DNA of 61,128 bases, the filler included, from Chiloscyllium plagiosum (Eukaryota): NCBI RefSeq assembly GCF_004010195.1. It is 3 parts of one record of this genome, joined end to end, with 100 filler letters (N's around TTAATTAATTAA, not from the genome) between each part and the next. Parts side by side here need not be neighbours in the genome. Positions count along the whole stretch, not along the records: positions 1 to 26,007 come from NC_057715.1; 2 more parts are not named here. One strand, written 5' to 3'. A model generated the notes under the pieces. That model made no database searches and was not told where the DNA came from. It saw only the letters and a list, made by a program, of their open reading frames with translations. The stretch's first letter is position 1. Each line of letters begins with the position of its first letter. This document shows positions 12,225 through 24,811 of the stretch, piece after piece. The position numbers and the translations under genes were made by a program.

Positions 12225-13455
12225 TTCATGGGACATGGGCTTCACTGTCTGGACAAGTGCTTATTACCGATTCCTGGTTGCACTTGAGATGGCGATGGTG
12301 AGATGCGTTCTTGAACTGCTATAGTCCGTTTGGTGGAGGTCGACTGATGACGCTATGAGGGAGGGAGTTCCAGGATTTTGACCCAACAACTATGAAGGAA
12401 ATATATTTACAAGTCAAGCTGGTGAATGGCTTGAAGGGAACTTGCAGGTAGTGATGTATCTGCTTCCTTTGTCCTTCTAGATGGTAGTGGTTGTGGGTTT
12501 GGAAGATTCTGTCTAAGAAGCCTCAGTGAATGTCTGTAGTGCATCTTGTAGATGGTACATACTGCTGCTACTGTGCATCAATGAGATTGTGGTGAATGTT
12601 TATAGACGTGATGCCAATCAAGTGAGCTGTGTTCTCCTGAATGGTGTTAGGTTTCTTGAGTGCTTTGAAATTGCACCTAAACCAGACAAGAGGCACGACT
12701 GACATGTGACTTGTAGATAGTTGACAGGCTTTGGAGTGGTGAGTTAATTGTTGCTAGATTCCGAGACTCTGGCCTGCTCTTAAGGCCAGAATATTTTAAT
12801 GGCATATACAGAAGAAACTCAATGATCCGAAGGACATGTGCGGAGAGCATTTTGTTCGGTTAATAGAATTCCGGATAATTGAATGCCGGATAACATAGTG
12901 TACCCAAGCAGCAGGACCTTGCACTCATGCCAGATAATCCGATATTCAGATAATTGAATGCCTAATAATCGAGGTTCCTCTGTATACCTATTTGGTCAAG
13001 GGCAGCTCCCAGACTGTTGATGGTGGGGTTTCAGTAAATGTAACTCCATTGAATGCCAAGCTGAAATAGTTAGATTCTCTATCACTGGGGATGGTCATTG
13101 CCTGTCACTTGACTTGCACAAATGTGACTTACCAATTGTCAGACCAAACCTTAATATTGATCACATCTTGCTGCATTGGACATGAACTGCTTCAGTATCT
13201 GAAGAGTCATGAACGGTGCTAAACAGAAAGCTGTCAAGCAGGTACTTTCACTAGCATTGCTGGAATATAATCAAGGCCCATAGCCTTTGCAGTGTCCAGT
13301 CCATCCAACCATTTCTTGATATCACGAAGAATTAACTGAATTGACTGAAGACTAGTATCTGTGATACTGGGGACCCCAAAAGACTCCAAGGGTGATTTAT
13401 CCGCTTGGCACTTCTGGCTGAAGATTGTTGTAAATATGTCAGCATTATCTGTGTG
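12225..13455 (-). mobile_element. Degraded L2/CR1-group LINE 3' region
   Basis: Minus-strand remnant DIKKWLDGLDTAKAMGLDYIPAML (KAxGPDxIP-like motif upstream of RT), plus a repeat tail similar to 18305-18465. Confidence 0.6.
12809..12982. mobile_element. Tigger/pogo-like MITE
   Basis: TA-CAGAAGAAACTCAATGA...TAATCGAGGTTCCTCTG-TA: imperfect TIRs, TA TSD, internal ccggataatcga-like repeats; nested in the LINE. Confidence 0.7.
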
Positions 13456-13694
13456 CAAATATTAACAAGGGAGAAGAAAAGATTGGGGTGAGATGTCATT
13501 TGTAGTAATGGTTCTGAAATGTTCGAAACTGCACTATCCCTCTTGCAATCTAATGATGTTAGAATTCCTTGAACAGGGAAAAGAGGACTCTGGTTTGAGA
13601 GCCTGATAGAGATAGATATGTCATCATTGTCTTTGTTATCGTATCTGACTAGCCATTTCTACCTAATGTTCTCATGCTACAAACTCTATCTTCT

Positions 13695-13925
13695 TTGGAG
13701 GGTGATAGGTGTCTGTAATGTGCTGCCTGGGGAGGTGGTAGAAGCAGATGTGTTAGGAAGGTTTAAGAGCATGTTAGACAGACACATGAACAGGCAGGGA
13801 ATAGAGGGATACAGACCATGTGCAGATAAATGGGATTAGTTTAGGATAGCATCATGGTCAGCATAGACATAGTGGGCCGAAGGACCTGTTCCCATCCTGT
13901 AGGGTTCAATGCTCTATGTTCTAAC
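13695..13925 (+). mobile_element. CR1-type LINE 3' end
   Basis: Encodes NVLPGEVVEAD...FKSMLDRHM, followed by the gggccgaaggacctgtt tail. Confidence 0.75.
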
Positions 13926-15693
13926 TCCTCTTGCATCTCTATGTCACGAAGAGACCAGAATGGTGCAAACCACTCCAAGTGTGGTCTAAGCAGTTTAAGT
14001 GCATGATTATCCTGTTGGTAACTTCCCTGTAGCTCAATTCTGCCCCTCGAGAAAGGAACCTCAGGGACGACACTGATAGTTCAGGACAGTTGAACAGACA
14101 TTTGGAAATTCATCCAGTGTCAGTTGGTGCCACATGCACTAATACTTGACAATATATTGTGTGGTTTATGACTTTACTAAAAAGTGTTAATAAAAATGAA
14201 GGTATTTCAATCCTGCAGAGTAAAATATCTGAATATGGCCTGGCAACTGCTTACCCAGAAACTACAATTGTGATCTGTCTCATGTAATCCCAATGTGGTT
14301 AATTATCGCTTACTTCTTTGATTCTTTTGGATCTTAAATGCTCAAACTCTCTTGTTACATTTGTACTTTTAGACCAGAATATATGTCTTCGGGAAAAAAT
14401 AATCTCTGAATAAAAAGGATGATTTAAAAGTAAGTAGTGATGTAAATAGTGGAGAACAACCCATGAGAACTTTGTGTTTATATGTGTGTGCTTTATAATA
14501 GATTTTGTTTTTCATGTCTTTATTGCAGTAGTAGTTAATTCCGTTTGTCTGAAGCAAAGAATATCACATTTTTTCCTGAGACATCAAAGTATTTCCATTC
14601 ATAATTGAGTGGGACAGCTGCAGTCACATAAACTGCAAGGGGAGAGAAATCTCCTTTTGTTCTATAGTTTCCATAGTGCTAATTTTCTTACTTTTCATTT
14701 GGCTATGTGTAGGAAACATATTTTGACAGCATTAAGATAAATAATATCTTGGCTCTTGCAGAGTGCATTGTGTTTAAATTTGCTAATAAATCAGACAAGA
14801 TTGCAAATGCAAGCTAGAGTATACTACTTAGAAATGGCTGAAGAAACTAAGGGTTTTTAAAATGTGTGTGCCTGACAGAGTGGGGAAATGTAGGTCCTTA
14901 CCTTGGTCATGCACGTTCATCACAGCTTCAACCTTCCAACGAGAGAATTAGAATGTGTTCAGGGCCATTCTGACTTGGTGTACCTTGTGTGTGAGGTGGG
15001 TGAATTTTAGAAGAACTGTACAACATGCAAATGCATCCAAACTGATGAGTTGGCTAGTATGAATTGGCTCTTCTGATTTGACCCACTCCACATTAAGGCC
15101 ATAACACCATATTTTATTCCCTTTGAAACATTGACATTAGTTGGGTTTCCTGTCAGTTGAAAAATGATTAACTTCATCCCCAATACTTCTGATGCATTAA
15201 CGAGGACATAATATTTATGTCATGATAATATTGGAATACATTGCTGACTGGTGTAGTGAGTTGCTGACTCTTTGTACTGCATTCCAGAGGGAGATGGATC
15301 ACTCCTTGTCTGGCGAAGATGATGACTTATGTAGAAATAAATTGTCCTTTTGGAGAGCACTTGGCGCATGTGTAATTTTTGCTACTTTAATACAGTGAAT
15401 ACACTTCTAAAGTTATGTATTTTCTAAAAAGTGCTTTGAGATGCACTTATGTAAGGCACAATAAAAATACAAGTCCTTCTTTGATTTACTTTATGTGATC
15501 CTCTGGATTAGTTCCAATCTTCTGATGGGGTTAAAGTGGAATTTTCCAGAATATTACTTTACCTGACTGGTTGTGGAGATTTTGGAGCTGGTGTGGGAGG
15601 GGGTGGGTGGGAGATGTTAGAAGGGTGAGAAGAGTTTACTTTATGATGCTTCAGCCACAGTGAGCGTGGGACAGGCTTGACCAAAGAAGTGTC

Positions 15694-17146
15694 AAAATGG
15701 TGGCAGGGTAGCAGCACTGCATTAGATCTCTTGGCCCACAACTCGTATACCTCCATTTGCTTTCTTTACTTCTTTGCTTTTTCATTTTACATTCGTTCTT
15801 TTTTTTTACTCGACCTTTTCTTTTTGATCTCTTTAAAATACTTAATTGGCAACTTTTTTGGAGGAAGAGAGGGCCTGGCCTCCATCAACGACATCAACAG
15901 GAGAGAATGGGCCAAGCACAGAGGGCTGAGTGAGCCCAGCGTGGAGGAGAGATCAGGCCCAGTGAGGAGGGGAGTTCAGGCCCAGTGTGGAGGAGAGAGC
16001 AAGTCCACTGTGGAGGGGAGGGCAGACCTAGTGTGGAGGGGAGAGTGAGCCCAGTGTGGAGGGGAGAGTGGGCCCAATGTGGAGGGGAGAGTGGGCCCAG
16101 TGCAGAGGGGACAGTAGGCCCAGTGTGATGGGGAAAGTGAGCCCAGTGCGGAGGGGAGATTGGGCCCAGTGTGAAGGGGAGAGTGGGCCCAGTGCAGAGG
16201 GGACAGTAGGCCCATTGTGATGGGGAGAGTGAGCCCAGTGCAGAGGGGAGAGTGAGCCCAGTGTGAAGGGGAGAGCTGGCCCAGTGTGGAGGGGAGAGTG
16301 GGCCTAGTTTGGAGGGGAGATCTGGCCCAGTGCAGAGGGGAGAGCAGGCCCACTGTGGAGGGGAGAGTGGGCGCAGTGTGAAGGGGAGAGTGGGCCTAGT
16401 TTGGAGGGGAGATCTGGCCCAGTGCAGAGGAGAGAGCAGGCCCACTTTGGAAGGGAGAGCAGGCCCAGTACAGAGGAGAGAACGGACCTAGTGTGGAGGG
16501 GAGAGCTGGCCCAGTGTGAAGGGGAGAGTGGGCCCTGTGTGGAAGGGAGAGTGGGCCCAGGCTGAAGGGGAGAGTGGGCCCAGTGTGGAGGGGAGAGTGG
16601 GCCGAGTGCAAAGGGGAGAGTGGCCCAGTGCAGAGGGGAGAGTGAGCCCAGTGCAGAGGAGAGAGCAGGCCCAGTGAGGAGGGAGAGCGGGCATAACTAT
16701 TTAAGATGGCGGCACTGGCACGGTAGGTCCATCAGCTCCAGGCATTCGTTTTTTTTCTCTCTCTTTTTTGTTTTTTATCTTTTTCAGCTGCTTTTCTTCA
16801 TTTTTATGATGTTGTAGGGAGGTCAGAGCAGTGTCAGTGGACAAGGAGAAATTCCTCCTGGCTTTGTAGGCCTGATGTGTGCACTCCTGGAAATGGTGTC
16901 GAGTTGTCAGCTGCAGAGATAGTGGAGTGGGGGCTCCTAACTGTGTTAGGCCTGAAATGTGAACCTTGCAGAGACCTTGCATAAACCTTGGAGCCGTGTT
17001 TGGGATCCCGGCTGACGAAAATTAACTCTATTTAAGTACTTCCTTTTTATTCTTTTGTACCTCAAAATGTCACTGGGTTGTGGCAATAAAACACTATTCA
17101 TTGTACCTCCCTCGATACACATGACAATAAATCATTCATTCATTCA
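15694..17146 (+). mobile_element. Non-autonomous composite retroelement: YY1-like head, pyrimidine tract, VNTR, Rex1-like 3' tail with (TTCA)n
   Basis: caaaatggtggc / aagatggcggc heads; ends cattgtacctccctcgatacacatgacaataaatcattcattcattca, matching 28625-28692 and the Rex1-like LINE tail at 29325-29360. Confidence 0.5.
15905..16692. repeat. G-rich 23-bp minisatellite (~34 units)
   Basis: Unit gtggaggggagagtgggcccagt; the spurious ORFs repeat every 23 aa (3 units). Confidence 0.92.
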
Positions 17147-18469
17147 GTTGGCCTTTCATTGCCTCTCAATTTTGTATGTTCGTAAATCAAAGTCAGTTTG
17201 CTATTTCTGCAGATTGTGCTGTGCTGAACTGACATAAAAAGGCAGCAAGTGGTTGAGAAACTCAGCAGGTCTGGAACCTTCCCTGGAGAGGAAAACAGAA
17301 TGTTTCAAGTCTTCTTTGGAGCTGGTTCAGAAGAGTAATTTCATTTGAAGTGTTAACTCTGCTTTTCTCTCCACAGACGCTGCCACACATGCTGAGTTTC
17401 TTGAGCACTTTCTATTTTTAACTCAGATCCCCAGCATCTGCAGGCTTGCTTTTATTTGAGTGTTAACGTGACACTGCACTGGGCTCCAATGTGTATCATT
17501 GTATAGACATCCATTGGATTAACTGCACACTTCTATGGACGTGAAAGGCTCATTCACAAAGGCAAGGGTTTCCATGGACACAGAAGTCTGTATTGATCCA
17601 TAGCTCTTCACAGTCTTTTGTCATTTAATACTGTCAGAAGACTGTGAGAATGATGGATGAAACATTTGGGAAAGTAGTTTACCACTGACCTGTAATTCAA
17701 CCTGCCCTCTACAATTCATTGTTCCTTAAAGATTTTGAATTTTCCCATATTCTTTCAGCATCATTCCATTACTCTGGAGTGCATCGGTGGGAAGGTTTCA
17801 TTAATAGGCTTTCGGCTGAGTAGTCCAATTACAGTAGATTGCAGTCTGATGCAATTCTCTTGACTCCACTATTGTTTTTGTAGATTATTATTTTAAAACC
17901 TGCAGGATGTGAGACAGTGTTCACCAAAGGGCATATTGCTTTGTGTTAATCAGTGAAAGCTATTTTGGGAATGCATAGCAGGCCACAAATACGTTGTCAT
18001 GTACAAAATTCCACGCTAGATATTTAAGGAGGTTTCATTTTTTATGTCACTGTGAACAGCCAGGCCGATCATGAAATTGAGTCAGCATCAAGCAAACACA
18101 CAGGGAAGGCGGACTGACGACAAAGTGTATGCTTCAGTTCATGGCAAATGTGTAACTTTAAAGCTACATTGTTTGGAAATTGGATCTCACAGAGTCTAAT
18201 GTATTGGTGTGAACTGGTTGCAAGACCAATTCTGAGGACCAATTTCAATTACAATCAGTGCGGAATTTTGGTACCAATTTTGGATTTTCAAATCAAATTT
18301 ATCCATGGGATGAGGGCATCACTGGCTCAGTCAGCATTGAATGCCCATCCCTATTTGCCCAGTGGGCAGTTAGGTGTAAACTGCATTGCTGTGGGTCACA
18401 TGTAGGCCAGACCTGGTAAGGATGACAGTTTCCTTCCCAGAAGGACATTAGTGAACCAGATGTGTTTTT

Positions 18470-19243
18470 AGAGTCATAGAGTCATAGAGATGTACAGCAT
18501 GGAAACAGACTCTTTGGTATAACCCGTCCATGCCGACCAGATATCCCAACCTAATCTAGTCCCACCTGCCAGCACCCGGCCCATATCCCTCCAAACCCTT
18601 CCTATTCATATACCCATCCAGATGCCTTTAAATGTTGCAATTGTACCAGCCTCCACCACTTCCTCTGGCAGCTCATTCCATAAATGTATCACCTTTTGAG
18701 AGAAAACGTTGTCCCTTAGGTCTCTTTGATATCTTTCCCTTCTCACCCTAAACCTATGCCCTCTAGTTCTGGACTCCTCCACCCCAGGCAAAAGACTTTG
18801 TCTATTTATCCTATCTATGCTCCTCATGATTTTATAAACCTATATAAGGTCACCCCTCAGCCTCTGATGGTTAAGGGAAAACAGCCCCAACCTATTCAAC
18901 CTCTCCCTATAGCTGAAATCCTCCAACCCTGGCAACATCCTTGGAAATCTTTTCTGAACCCTTTCAAGTTTCACAACATCCTTCCAATAGGAAGGAGACC
19001 AGAATTGCATGCAAATGCTAAAAGTTGTCTAACCAATATCCTGTACTATATGACCTCCCAACTCTTGTACTCAATACTCTGACTTATAAAGGAACGTATA
19101 CTAAATATCTTCTTCACTATCCTATCTACCTGAGACTCTCAAGGAGCTATGTACCTGCACTCCAAAGCCTCTTTGTTCAGCAACACTCCCGAGGACCTTA
19201 CCATTAAGTGTATAAGTCCTGTTAAGATTTGCTTTCCCAAAAT
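18470..19243 (-). mobile_element. CR1-type (HER1-like) LINE 3' fragment
   Basis: Minus strand encodes ESRTRGHRFRVR...FSQKVIHLWNELPEEVVEAGTI; (gagtcata)n tail. Confidence 0.85.
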
Positions 19244-19974
19244 TTCTGAAAATCTACAATAATCATTAGCTGACTCTTAATTCCAGATGTTTATTGGATT
19301 CACAATCCACAATCTGCCATGTAGGATTCAAACCTAGGATCCGAGAACATCACCAGGGTCTCTGAATTAACAATCCAGTGATAATACCACCAGCCATCAC
19401 CTCCCCTCTACTAAAAGGATATTAAGATCAAGACTGTTTCTATGTAGAGGGAGAGTGTTTTTATGCAGGTAGAGTATGTTAGGGTGTAATTATAGAATGC
19501 TCACATAGAGATGGAGAGTTTTCACATGTAGGTTCAGTGTCCGCATGTTAATGAAGTGTGGTGATCACTAAGGTTGGTAGGTGCTACTTAAAATCTCACC
19601 TTTGGATCCAATTCTGATCAGAAGCTGATCGATTGCAGAGGTTTGGGGACTGAAATTTAGTGACAGAAACTGAATTAGCTTCTGCAAAGCTGCTGAAGCT
19701 GTTAGCCACTGAAGGGCGGCTTGAGTTGCAAAATGTTGGTGAAAGGTAACGCAATACATATTGATCTTTGCTTAATAGGGAATGGTATTGAGAGTGGCAC
19801 TTCTTTTTATTGTACCTCTTTAGGAGCAGAAGATGTGATTTATTGCCAAGATGGTGACCTGCTGGAGAGCAAATGGAACTACAGTAAATTGTCTTAAAAC
19901 CTGAGACGGGGTAAGATGTTATTATGAGCTCCATGGTTTGGTCAGTGTTTCTGATGTCACAGCCAGGTGAGATT

Positions 19975-20102
19975 TCCTGATGAAGGGCTTATGTCCGAAA
20001 CATCAATTCTCCTGCTGCTTGGATGCTGCCTGACCTGCTGTACTTTTCCAGCACCACACTTTTCGACTCTGACTCTCCAGCATCTGCAGTCCTCACTCTC
20101 TC
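19975..20102 (+). mobile_element. Short Penelope-derived element with hammerhead core
   Basis: CTGATGA-a-gggc(ttat)gtcc-GAAA-caTC, followed by the shared body ctcctgctgcttggatgctgcctgacctgctg. Confidence 0.75.
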
Positions 20103-23100
20103 CATACCACTTGAACAACAGATAGCCACATTGGCCGTGCCCAGTTTATTTTGTTTTAAGGTTTGTCCACATCTTTAAGGGGAGTTTGAAGCTTGGTTGC
20201 TGAGGTGTTGAGTTGGAGATAATAGGCTGATGCTTGCATTTTTTTTTGCTCATGTGTCAGCTATGTGGAACATTTTTTGCCGCAAGGCTTAGTGTGATTT
20301 CTCACCGTATCTTATCAACCTTACCTCATTAAGTACATCCTCCTGCCTATGGCATTCCTCTTGTCTGATTAAAGCTTCATCTTATGACATGTTGTTCCCA
20401 GAACAACTCACCACTGAACAGGTATCCACTGAAAGTCCAGCGTTCCTTGTCTTGCACCATATTTAAAAAGCTGAACTGCACCCTGATGAGTTCCAGCATA
20501 ACACAAGTTCCCTCCTTGGTGGCAGACATTCATTTAGAAGATGTTGGAAGAGAGGATAATGGAGTTGTGACTCTCCATCTGGTGGTCATAGCATAGGAGG
20601 TATTACAGAGGAGGCTGTACCACACGACCGTTGGAGCTTGGTCTGAGCTCGCCACTGGGGCCAGTATGGTCTCCATGATCCCGAGGAATGGCTGGTTATG
20701 TCGCAAGGTGTTCAGCGACTTTCTGTCCTGCCCCAGAGTAAGTGTTGCTTCCTTTTCTCTGTGACCTCACACTCTCTGTGACACTGCACTCACTTCTCAC
20801 CAAGGCTGATACTCTGCCCTCCTCATTACTCGTGTTCCCCCACAACCTTCCACAGCACTAACTCTGTAATGGAGTCCATTGGGCCTGGAGTTTGGTTGGG
20901 TTACTGTGAGATGTTTGTGCCTGGACCACCTTGACATGCTGAAGTTCTTCTTGTCAGAGATATGGACTTGCCTCGCTGTGAACTTCTGAGATTCAGTCAG
21001 CAGCAAGCAGGGTGAAGATGGGGGGCCCGGATTCCTCGGAGTAGTCCTGAGAGGAGATTTCTGAGGTACTTGTTATGTGGTTCCTCCTCCTGTCTCCTTG
21101 TGAGGAAGCGGGTCAGGTACCATGTCCCCTTATCTCCCTGCTGTGGGTCATGCCAAAAAACTGGAGTTGACATAGGCCATACGACACACAGAGACAAAAA
21201 AAAACTGAAGATGCTGGAATCCAAAGTAGACAGACAGGGGGCTGGAAGAACACAGCAAGCCAGGCAGCATCAGGAGGTGGAGAATTCAATGTTTCGGGTG
21301 TAATCCTACCTCAGGACTGAAGAAGGCTATGCTACAGCACGATATCACAGGCAAGTCATCAGTTGATGTTGAGATCTCTCTGTGAAACTGTGCACGTATA
21401 GCTGAGGAGGCTGCTGACCTTGAAGAGTCAGTTGAATCCTGGCCAGCCACCTGGCTGTTCCCTGACTGAAGCTGGAAATGCCATAGAGACGCTCTGCAGT
21501 ATGAAAATACAGACATGATGCAGACTGACTGCAGTAAAGTTATGGAGGACTGTATCACACTCATCAGAAGCTAGCATTCTGAGCAAAAAAGGTTTAATGA
21601 GTTTGCGCAGAACTATCGCCCAACATTTTTCAATGCTTTTCACTGCAAAGAGTCTAGAGCCTAGTATGAACAAATTGAAAAAAAAACGTTTTGCACATAT
21701 TTTGCGCATATTGCCACTGTATTTTCAGCTGTTTGTTTTGACATGTAGCATGTTTGTGGGCAAAACTGGATTGTAACTTGATGTGAATTTGTGGGCAGAG
21801 CCTTGCCATTTGACTTACTGCCATTTTACCAGTCACCTGCAGCAATCAATGAATATTCTCTGTGGCTCTCATGATCTCCACTATAAGACTTGTTGACGCA
21901 GAAGTCACAATGCAGCCAAAAGCGACTGAGGAGTCGTTGATGTTTAACTGAAAAGCAACAGTTCAAATACAACTCACAATTGGGATAGACACTGTACATT
22001 GATCCTAAGAGCTGAGGATGGTTTACTGGTTGAAAAACAGGCAGATGGATTACAGAGAAAAACAATTTGATTTTTGTAGCTTGTCTTGATCATTTCTTGT
22101 TTTGTTGAACTGACACAGACATTAAACTGACATTGACATGGATTCATCTGGAGGAGCAATATTTTGTCTGTCTGGCCTCCAAAACATCCTGCTTTTTGTT
22201 CCTTATTGTAATGGTTGATGAATATCTCACATTAATCACTTGTTTAATTAACTTTACCCAGCCAATTACTGGGGAACAACTCCTAATGGTGGACTCCTCC
22301 AGCCTGGCTCCAGTTCAATAAAATTATTTTTCTTTTTCTCACATAAGAGTATCCATTGCATTCATTCAGACTTCATCTTTATTTATGCAGGCTGTGACTC
22401 CTGCTCTCACCCCTCTTATCAGATCCAGGCAAAGCCCTGTTTCTGTGTTAGCTCCTCGATCAGATAATAGCTGTCATTGCAAAAACCTTATTCATCATGG
22501 CTAACATTGCTCTGTGTCAGCTGAAAGCAATTGCAGGAAGGACCTCTAACGATGAGAGAAAGAGAGAGATCTTTTCTTTCAAAATGCTAAATTTTGAATT
22601 ATCTTTTAAGGCCATCAGACTATCATTTCTGACACCACTTTGAAATTTCTCAAATATACGTTTTTGCCAGACGGTCCAAGTGTCAGTTTCTTAAAATTTC
22701 TCCAAACAGTGCACGGAGGAAAACTCGATCAATTCACGCTGTTAGCAAACATTCATGGTGCAGTGGCTGAAGAATTTGGCTATTTTTGCTCATCAATCTT
22801 TTTAACGACGAGGAATGTAATCACAAGTGATGGACCTTTTGGTCTTGTTGCTGCCCTCTGCATAACAATTAGCTCACTATCTGAATAAGAAACAGTAAAC
22901 AATCACTTCAGGTCCATATAAACGGAATGGAACTATAGATGGGTAAATTGCAGATGCTGGGATTGTTTCCCTGACAGCAAAGGTGTTCAAAATTGTAAGG
23001 GATTTTGACAGAGCCAGTTGGGATAGATATACAGACATTTCAATGTTCAGATAATGATTTCTGCAGTGTAGACTGAAGTTGTATTTCAGGACCGTATGGA

Positions 23101-23482
23101 ATTCCGGATAAAGCAACTCTGAGAGAATTACTCCAATGGGCATTTCTCCTACATCTGTAACCTTCCAAAAAACTTCTGAAAGTTTCAGAATTTGGAAGGT
23201 TCTGACTTAGTTCATGGTGACCTAGAAAAAGTTAGAGGATTAAAAGAATTACTGTAACTTCTGGTAATTGCAAACAAAAGCAACAACACTTTTCATTATC
23301 AAGATGGTGGCCGAGTAGGGTCCCTGGGCCAGGGCTCATCTGTTCCGATCGCTTTTCTTTTCTTTTTTGCTCTTTTTTTTCTCCTTTCCTTTACTTACCT
23401 CTTGTTCTGAGCTCAGGTGGCATAGGCGGCAGCGAGGAATCCTAACGCATTCTCAAGTGGGCCCAGCGCAGACTCAAGTGCA

Positions 23483-23655
23483 GTGGATGCTGGGACAGAG
23501 AGTAAATTTAAGGAGGAGCTAGACAGATTATTAATTGGTAATGGGTTGAAGGGATATGGAGGGAAGGCAGGAAAATGGGGGTGAGGAGCCATGATCGAAT
23601 GGCGGAGCAGACTCGATGAGCCCAAAGGCCTAATTCTGCTCCTATATCTTATAAG
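23483..23655 (+). mobile_element. CR1-type LINE 3' tail fragment
   Basis: aaatttaaggaggagctagacagattatta...gccatgatcgaatggcggagcagactcgatg. Confidence 0.7.
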
Positions 23656-24071
23656 CTTATAAGTGAGCCCAGCACAGACCTCATGGCCCTCGTGTGGAAT
23701 CCCAGTTTGGACTTGAGTGAGCTCCGTCTTGCTTTTCTGGGGTGTGCTTAGGTTCTGGCATCAGAATTGGCGGCTGCTACTTTGGCGAGGTAGGCCCAAC
23801 GCCAAAGATGGCACCTGAGAATCAGCGACTTAATCGTCAGTTGGGTCTGGCACTGGTGTGGCAAAGCAGAGGAAGAAGGGCATCATGGCGACATTGATGA
23901 GGTGGTCCCAATGGCGAGAGTCGTGACTCTGCCATTGGTGAGTCTGCCATAGTCTTTTATTGTATAAAAGACTGTGGTGAGGCGGTGGCATAAGAGAATC
24001 AGCCCAAGGGTGAAAGATGGCACCTGAAGAGTGGTGACGTGACATTGGTTGTGTACAGTGTAGATGGCAGC

Positions 24072-24693
24072 TGTAAATATATTCCTTACTTTAAAAACAG
24101 AAGGTGGCTGTGACTCTGGATGGATTCAGCACTCAAAACCCTGTGGTGACTCTGTAACCCAAGCAGGGGGGGGTGGTCACGTGACGTCCCCGTCTCGCAC
24201 CCGGAAGAGTGCGGGGCGGTCACGTGACGTCCCCATCTCACACCAGGAAGAGGGCGGACGATCAGGTGATGTTCCGTTTCGCGCCTCGGAAGTGGGTCGA
24301 GGAGGTCACGTGATGCTCCATTTCGCGGGCAAAAGAAGGCCACGTGGGGTCGGACAGCTAGGAATGCGAGGAGGCGGGGAATGGAGTCAGATTAACACCC
24401 AATCAGAAGATAATTCTACCTCAGTGTTTATATGACGTTTTTTATTGTATAAAAGACTGGGGCAGGGACAAAACGAGGTCTTACTTTTTGAACTGATACA
24501 CTTTGTAGTTTGTCAGGGACAAAGGGGTTTAGACCCAGAGCTCTGAATACTTTGTTCACTTACTGTGTAAAATAAATTAAGAGTGTGAGACCGAATATCT
24601 TCTACTATTGCTTCATTTAAAAGAACACGCAGGACTTGGCTCACACATAGAAGAAAGTAAATTTAAATTGGTAGATTGAGCCAAAGTCCAACA
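24072..24693 (+). repeat. ERV-A 5' LTR (622 bp)
   Basis: TGTAAATAT...TCCAACA; CCAAT 24399-24403, TATAAAA 24448-24454, AATAAA 24571-24576. Confidence 0.95.
24175..24350 (+). promoter_or_regulatory. U3 enhancer of ~43-bp tandem units (E-box, CRE half-site, ETS and E2F-like motifs)
   Basis: Repeated GGTCACGTGACGT...CCGGAAG; TTTCGCGC and TTTCGCGG. Confidence 0.6.
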
Positions 24694-24696
24694 ATT

Positions 24697-24714
24697 TGGT
24701 GACCCCGACGTGAT
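24697..24714 (+). promoter_or_regulatory. Primer-binding site, tRNA-Trp
   Basis: TGGTGACCCCGACGTGAT, complementary to the 3' 18 nt of vertebrate tRNA-Trp (same PBS as ALV/RSV), 3 nt after the LTR. Confidence 0.92.
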
Positions 24715-24802
24715 GAAGACGGAGAAGTGACGGAAAGAGAGAAAAATAGAAACAACGGACAACTAACGTTTGATGACAACAACAAGCGGCGCCGCATAAA
24801 AA

Positions 24803-24811
24803 AAGGTGAGC
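24803..24811 (+). promoter_or_regulatory. Candidate major splice donor of ERV-A
   Basis: AAG|GTGAGC ~90 nt after the PBS. Confidence 0.6.

Noticed and set aside
15894..16694. Pro/Leu/His-rich ORFs and CRISPR-like periodicity
   Set aside because: A 23-bp tandem minisatellite without unique spacers, in a vertebrate genome.
20300..21160. Possible Harbinger/HARBI1-like remnant (GDKG...YLTRFL on minus strand; similar hints at 34500-35150)
   Set aside because: Similarity is too short and degraded to call without a profile search.
21600..23250. Unique, repeat-poor stretch that might hold conserved non-coding elements or lncRNA exons
   Set aside because: Cannot be supported without cross-species alignment or transcript data.
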